This document shows, in pieces, positions 60,241 through 64,000 of a stretch of DNA of 64,000 bases (positions within the stretch are counted from its first letter, which is position 1; each line of letters begins with the position of its first letter). Source of the stretch: an uncultured Chloroflexia bacterium. Lineage in GTDB: Bacteria > Chloroflexota > Anaerolineae > B4-G1 > SLSP01. Where the stretch lies: assembly GCA_963751345.1 (NCBI GenBank), contig CAVVUS010000013.1, forward strand, positions 86,707 through 150,706. The letters run 5' to 3'. The notes beneath the pieces were generated by a model, which saw nothing but the letters and a program-made list of their open reading frames with translations, was not told the DNA's origin and did not search any database. The position numbers and the translations under genes were made by a program.

Positions 60241-61636
60241 CGGGCGACCTCTCCGAGGACCGGTTGTCGCAGTTGAGCGACTTCGTCGCCGCCGCGATGG
60301 GCCTGTATTTCCCCCGTAAGCGCTGGGGCGACCTCGATCGCCAGACGAAATTGGCTGCCAAAGAGTTCGGTTTTGCCGGCGCCGAGCCATTTCTGAAGTG
60401 GCTGCTATCGTCGCCCCTGACCCGAGACCAGATCGAGATGCTAGCCAGCCATCTGACGATCTCCGAAACGTATTTCTGGCGCGAGCCGCAGGTCTTTGAG
60501 GCGCTGCGCGACCGGATCCTGCCGGACTTGATCCGCGCGCGGGAAACGGGCGGCAGACGGCTAAGGATCTGGAGCGCGGGCTGCGCTACCGGCGAGGAGC
60601 CGTAATCGATCGCAATCGCGCTCCGCCAGGCGCTGCCTGCGTTGGAAGGGTGGCATATCTCCCTGCTGGCGACGGACATTAACCCTCACATTCTGCGCCG
60701 GGCGGCGGCGGGTGTGTACGGCAAGTGGTCGTTCCGCAATGCGCCGCCGGGGTTCAAGGAAACGCATTTCAGCTGCACGGAGGACGGCAAGTTCGAGATC
60801 CGGCAGGAGATCCGGCAGATGGTGACGTTCGGTTATCTAAATCTGGCGAGGACGTCTTCCCCTCGCCGATGAACAACACCAACGCCATGGATCTCATCTT
60901 CTGCCGGAATGTGCTCATGTACTTTGCGCCGGCACGCGCCCAGCTGGTCGGCCGGCGTCTATTCCGATCCCTGGTCGAGGGCGGCTGGTTCATCGTCAGC
61001 GCCAGCGAGCTCTCCCAGGATACGTTCGCGCAGTTTACCCCCGTCCACTTCCCCGGGGCGATTGTCTATCGCCGGACAACCGAGAAGGCAATTGTGCCTG
61101 CGGCAGCAGCCCAGGCGAGCCCCGCTGCCAAGGAAAACCGTGCGCAAGGTTGAACGAGGCGCGCCTCTACTCCAGCCTCCCTATGAGATGATACGCCCTG
61201 CCGCGCCGGAGAAACAACGGGAGAGGCGGCCCCGATGCCGGACAGAGCGCTCACTGTACGGGTGCTAGCCAACCAAGGCAGACTCGGCGAAGCCCTGTCC
61301 GCCTGCGACGCAGCCGTCGCCGCCGACAAGCTCAACCCCGGCCTGCATTATCTTCACGCTGTAATCCTACAGGAACAGGGTCGGGAGGCCGAGGCGACAG
61401 CCGCCCTCAAGCGCGCCCTGTACCTCGACCCCACCTTTGTCCTGGCACACTTCGCTCTGGGGAATCTGGCCCGGCGCCAGGGCAATGCGGCTGCGGCTAG
61501 GAAGAGCTTCAACAACGTACTGGCGCTGCTTCGCGCGTATGGTCCGGACGACATCCTGCCTGAGGCCGAGGGACTGACAGCCCTCCGATTCAGGCAAATC
61601 GTGCGCGCTACCCTCGAAACAGGAGATATGACATGA
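60237..61636 (+). pseudogene. cheR: CheR methyltransferase with C-terminal TPR (WspC-like); internal stop and frameshifts
   Basis: TISETYFWRE, IWSAGCATGEEP then TAA at 60603, ATDIN, DLIFCRNVLMYF and TPR ALKRALYLDP.FVLAHF. Confidence 0.8.
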
Positions 61637-62262
61637 ACAAGTCAGATCCGGCTGCACCCCACACGGACCAGAGGATTGATTGGAGCGAGGTCCACCAGCG
61701 GCTGGAGAACGCGCGCCGGATACTGGAGCAGGACACCGTTGCGTCCGCACAGGAAAGCCACACCATTCTGAGGGCGCGCGCCCATGTCCCTGCCGGAACC
61801 GCGGCATGCGACCGGCGCGCAGAATTCCTCGAGATTATCGAGTTCCGCCTGGTCTCTGAAACGTACGGCTTCGAATCGGCCTTTGTGCGCGAAGCCTATC
61901 CCCTGAAGGATTTCACGCCGCTGCCCGGCGTGCCTCCCTTTGTGCTTGGCATCGCCAACGTGCGCGGGCAGATTCTATCCATCATTGACCTCAAAAAGTT
62001 CTTCGATCTCCCCGAAGAGGGGCTAGGCCAGCTCAACAAGCTGATCATACTGCGGGACGAACAGATGGAGTTCGGGATCCTGGCTGACGAAATCCTAGGG
62101 GCGCGCTCCATTGCGCTGGACGCAATCCAGGCCGCGCCCCCGACCATCTCCGGGATCGGCGCGGAATACCTGCGCGGCGTCACCGCCGAGCGCGTGATCA
62201 TCCTGGATGGGGAGAAAATCCTGAACGATGAGCGGATCATCGTACACCAGCAAGCGAACTAG
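61633..62262 (+). CDS. cheW: Second CheW (WspD-like)
   Basis: FTPLPGVPPFVLGIANVRGQILSIIDL and FGILADEI motifs. Confidence 0.88.
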   Translation: MNKSDPAAPHTDQRIDWSEVHQRLENARRILEQDTVASAQESHTILRARAHVPAGTAACDRRAEFLEIIEFRLVSETYGFESAFVREAYPLKDFTPLPGVPPFVLGIANVRGQILSIIDLKKFFDLPEEGLGQLNKLIILRDEQMEFGILADEILGARSIALDAIQAAPPTISGIGAEYLRGVTAERVIILDGEKILNDERIIVHQQAN

Positions 62263-62308
62263 CAACCCTAGCCACAGGAGTTCCTATTTACACGAAGGAG
62301 AACCAGCC

Positions 62309-63944
62309 ATCGAGCGCTTCATCAACAACCTGTCCACAAGGGCAAAGCTCATACTGAGCTTTGCCGTTATCCTGATTCTGTTGGGGATCGTGGTCGTCAC
62401 GGCCTATGTCAGCATTACGAATATCACACAGAAGTCAAAAGCGTTACGAGAGGTCCATTTCCAGATAGCCCTCGACCTTGCGATACTCAGATCCCACGAG
62501 AATGCCAACCGGGCAGGTGTCCTGGATATGTTGCTGAACAGTGACAGGTCAGTGTTGGAGGCCGACGAACAGGACATTTCAGAACGTGCACCACAGATTG
62601 ACCGGCTGCTAACCGAAGTGCTCGAACTGAACACGGATCCCACCGTCGATGGCCAGCTCCAGTCATTGGCCAGTGAGTTAACAACTCACCGCGAGACACG
62701 TGAGCATAGATCAGCCTGATCTATGCCGGCAAGCTGACAGAGGCGCAACAACTGGTGACTGGAGTGGGAGCCGAAAGCTACGCGAGGTTGCTCACGCTCA
62801 CGAAGGAAATGGGTGATGCCAAAATCGCGGACGTAGACACCCAACTTGCTCAGAATCAGCAGACGGCCCGCTCGTCCACCATCCTGTTCTTGGTCATCGG
62901 GGGAATCGCGGTCTTGTCGGCGATCGGCATGGTAGTACTCCTGAACCAGGCGATTGCCAGCCCGCTGACCGGCATCTCCGGAGTTGCCGCGCAGATCGCC
63001 GCCGGCGATCTGACGGTCGATCTTCCGGAAGAGCAGCGCCGCGATGAGATCGGCGTGCTGACACGGGCCTTCCGCCGGATGGTGGAGACCCTGCGCCGTT
63101 CGGTGACCGATGTTGCCCATGCAGTCGGACAGCTCGGCTCGTCAGCCAGCGAGATTCTGGCCGCAACGACCCAGGTCGCTTCCGGCACCGGCGAGACCGC
63201 CACCGCCATCAGCGAAACGACCACCACCGTGGAAGAGGTCCGGCAGGCCGCCCAGCTTTCCTCGCAAAAAGCAAAGTATGTCTCCGACAGCGCCCAACGC
63301 GTCGCCCAGATTTCAGAAGACCGGAAAAAAAGCGGTTGAAGGCACCGTCGCGCGGAATCCGGCAGATCCGTGAACAAATGGATTCTATCGCCGCTACGAT
63401 CGTTCGCTTAAGCGAGCAGGGGCAATCCATCGGCGGCATCATCGCCTCTGTCACCGATCTCGCCGATCAATCCAACCTGCTTGCCGTAAATGCCGCCATT
63501 GAAGCCGCACGCGCCGGGGAACAGGGCAAGGGATTCGCCGTCGTTGCGCAAGAGATCAGGAGCCTGGCCGAACAGTCCAAGCAGGCCACGCTGCAGGTGC
63601 GCGACATCCTGAACGACCTGCAGAAGGCGACCAGCGCTGCGGTCATGGCGACGGAACAGGGCAGCAAGGCGGTGGATGCCGGCGTGACGCAATCGGCGCG
63701 GGCGGGTGAGGCCATTCAAGAGTTGGCCGAAAGCGTCAAAGAATCGGTGCAGGCCGCCATGCAGATCGCCGCCTCGAGCCAGGAGCAGGTCGTAGGAATG
63801 GACCAGATTGCAACCGCCATGGAGAGCATCAACCAGGCGGGGGCCGAGACGGCATCCAGCATGGGACAGTCGGAGACCGCCGCCAGGAGCCTTCACGAAC
63901 TGGGGCAGAAGCTGAAACAGCTGGTGGTACAATACAAGGTTTAA
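62309..63944 (+). CDS. Methyl-accepting chemotaxis protein (TM-4HB-TM-HAMP-signalling); start and frame disrupted
   Basis: [12 protein letters not shown] and [27 protein letters not shown] hairpin; three ORF pieces; ATC where ATG is expected after the AAGGAG RBS. Confidence 0.85.
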
Positions 63945-63959
63945 AGGACGGTGGAAACG

Positions 63960-64000
63960 ATGGAGTCAAAGGAAGAGCGATTTCCTCAAGCGACTGAGAG
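63960..64000 (+). CDS. Start of the next gene, probably CheA (partial)
   Basis: ATG MESKEE.F.KRL-like start directly after the MCP; inferred from gene order only. Confidence 0.35.
   Translation, partial: MESKEERFPQATE

Overview
High-GC bacterial chromosomal window, most likely Chloroflexota/Anaerolineae. This is an inference from tandem GT-C glycosyltransferases, a YLPxV motif, MalT-like STAND regulators with their small partner gene, and the style of the palindromic repeats. About 50 genes are present. Many are split by single-base indels, which looks like long-read assembly error, so several coordinates join two ORFs. Main blocks: (1) membrane glycosyltransferases and a secreted protein (1-5.8 kb); (2) ogt, peptidases, SRAP and M23 (5.9-12.2 kb); (3) a VTC/DUF4956/three-CotH locus in which two CotH copies look catalytically degenerate (12.6-21.1 kb); (4) oxidoreductases and deaD, whose 5' leader contains an intrinsic terminator; (5) a 28.5-47.4 kb accessory region with a MalT-like LuxR regulator, a collapsed paralog and three copies of a 35-bp motif, each exactly 17 bp upstream of a TAnnnT -10 box. 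These promoters precede a flavodoxin/ApbE/FMN-binding operon, a lipoprotein hydrolase and an unusual pyruvyltransferase + reductase-adenylation fusion + GMC oxidoreductase operon; (6) vapBC, GT1 + lipoyl-less E2, a GNAT, two 142-bp MITE-like elements around two small genes, and a GH36; (7) a Wsp-like chemosensory cluster that may be decaying. Several REP/MITE-like palindrome families occur between genes. No rRNA, tRNA, CRISPR array or transposase was recognised. All family assignments come from motif recognition by eye, not database searches.
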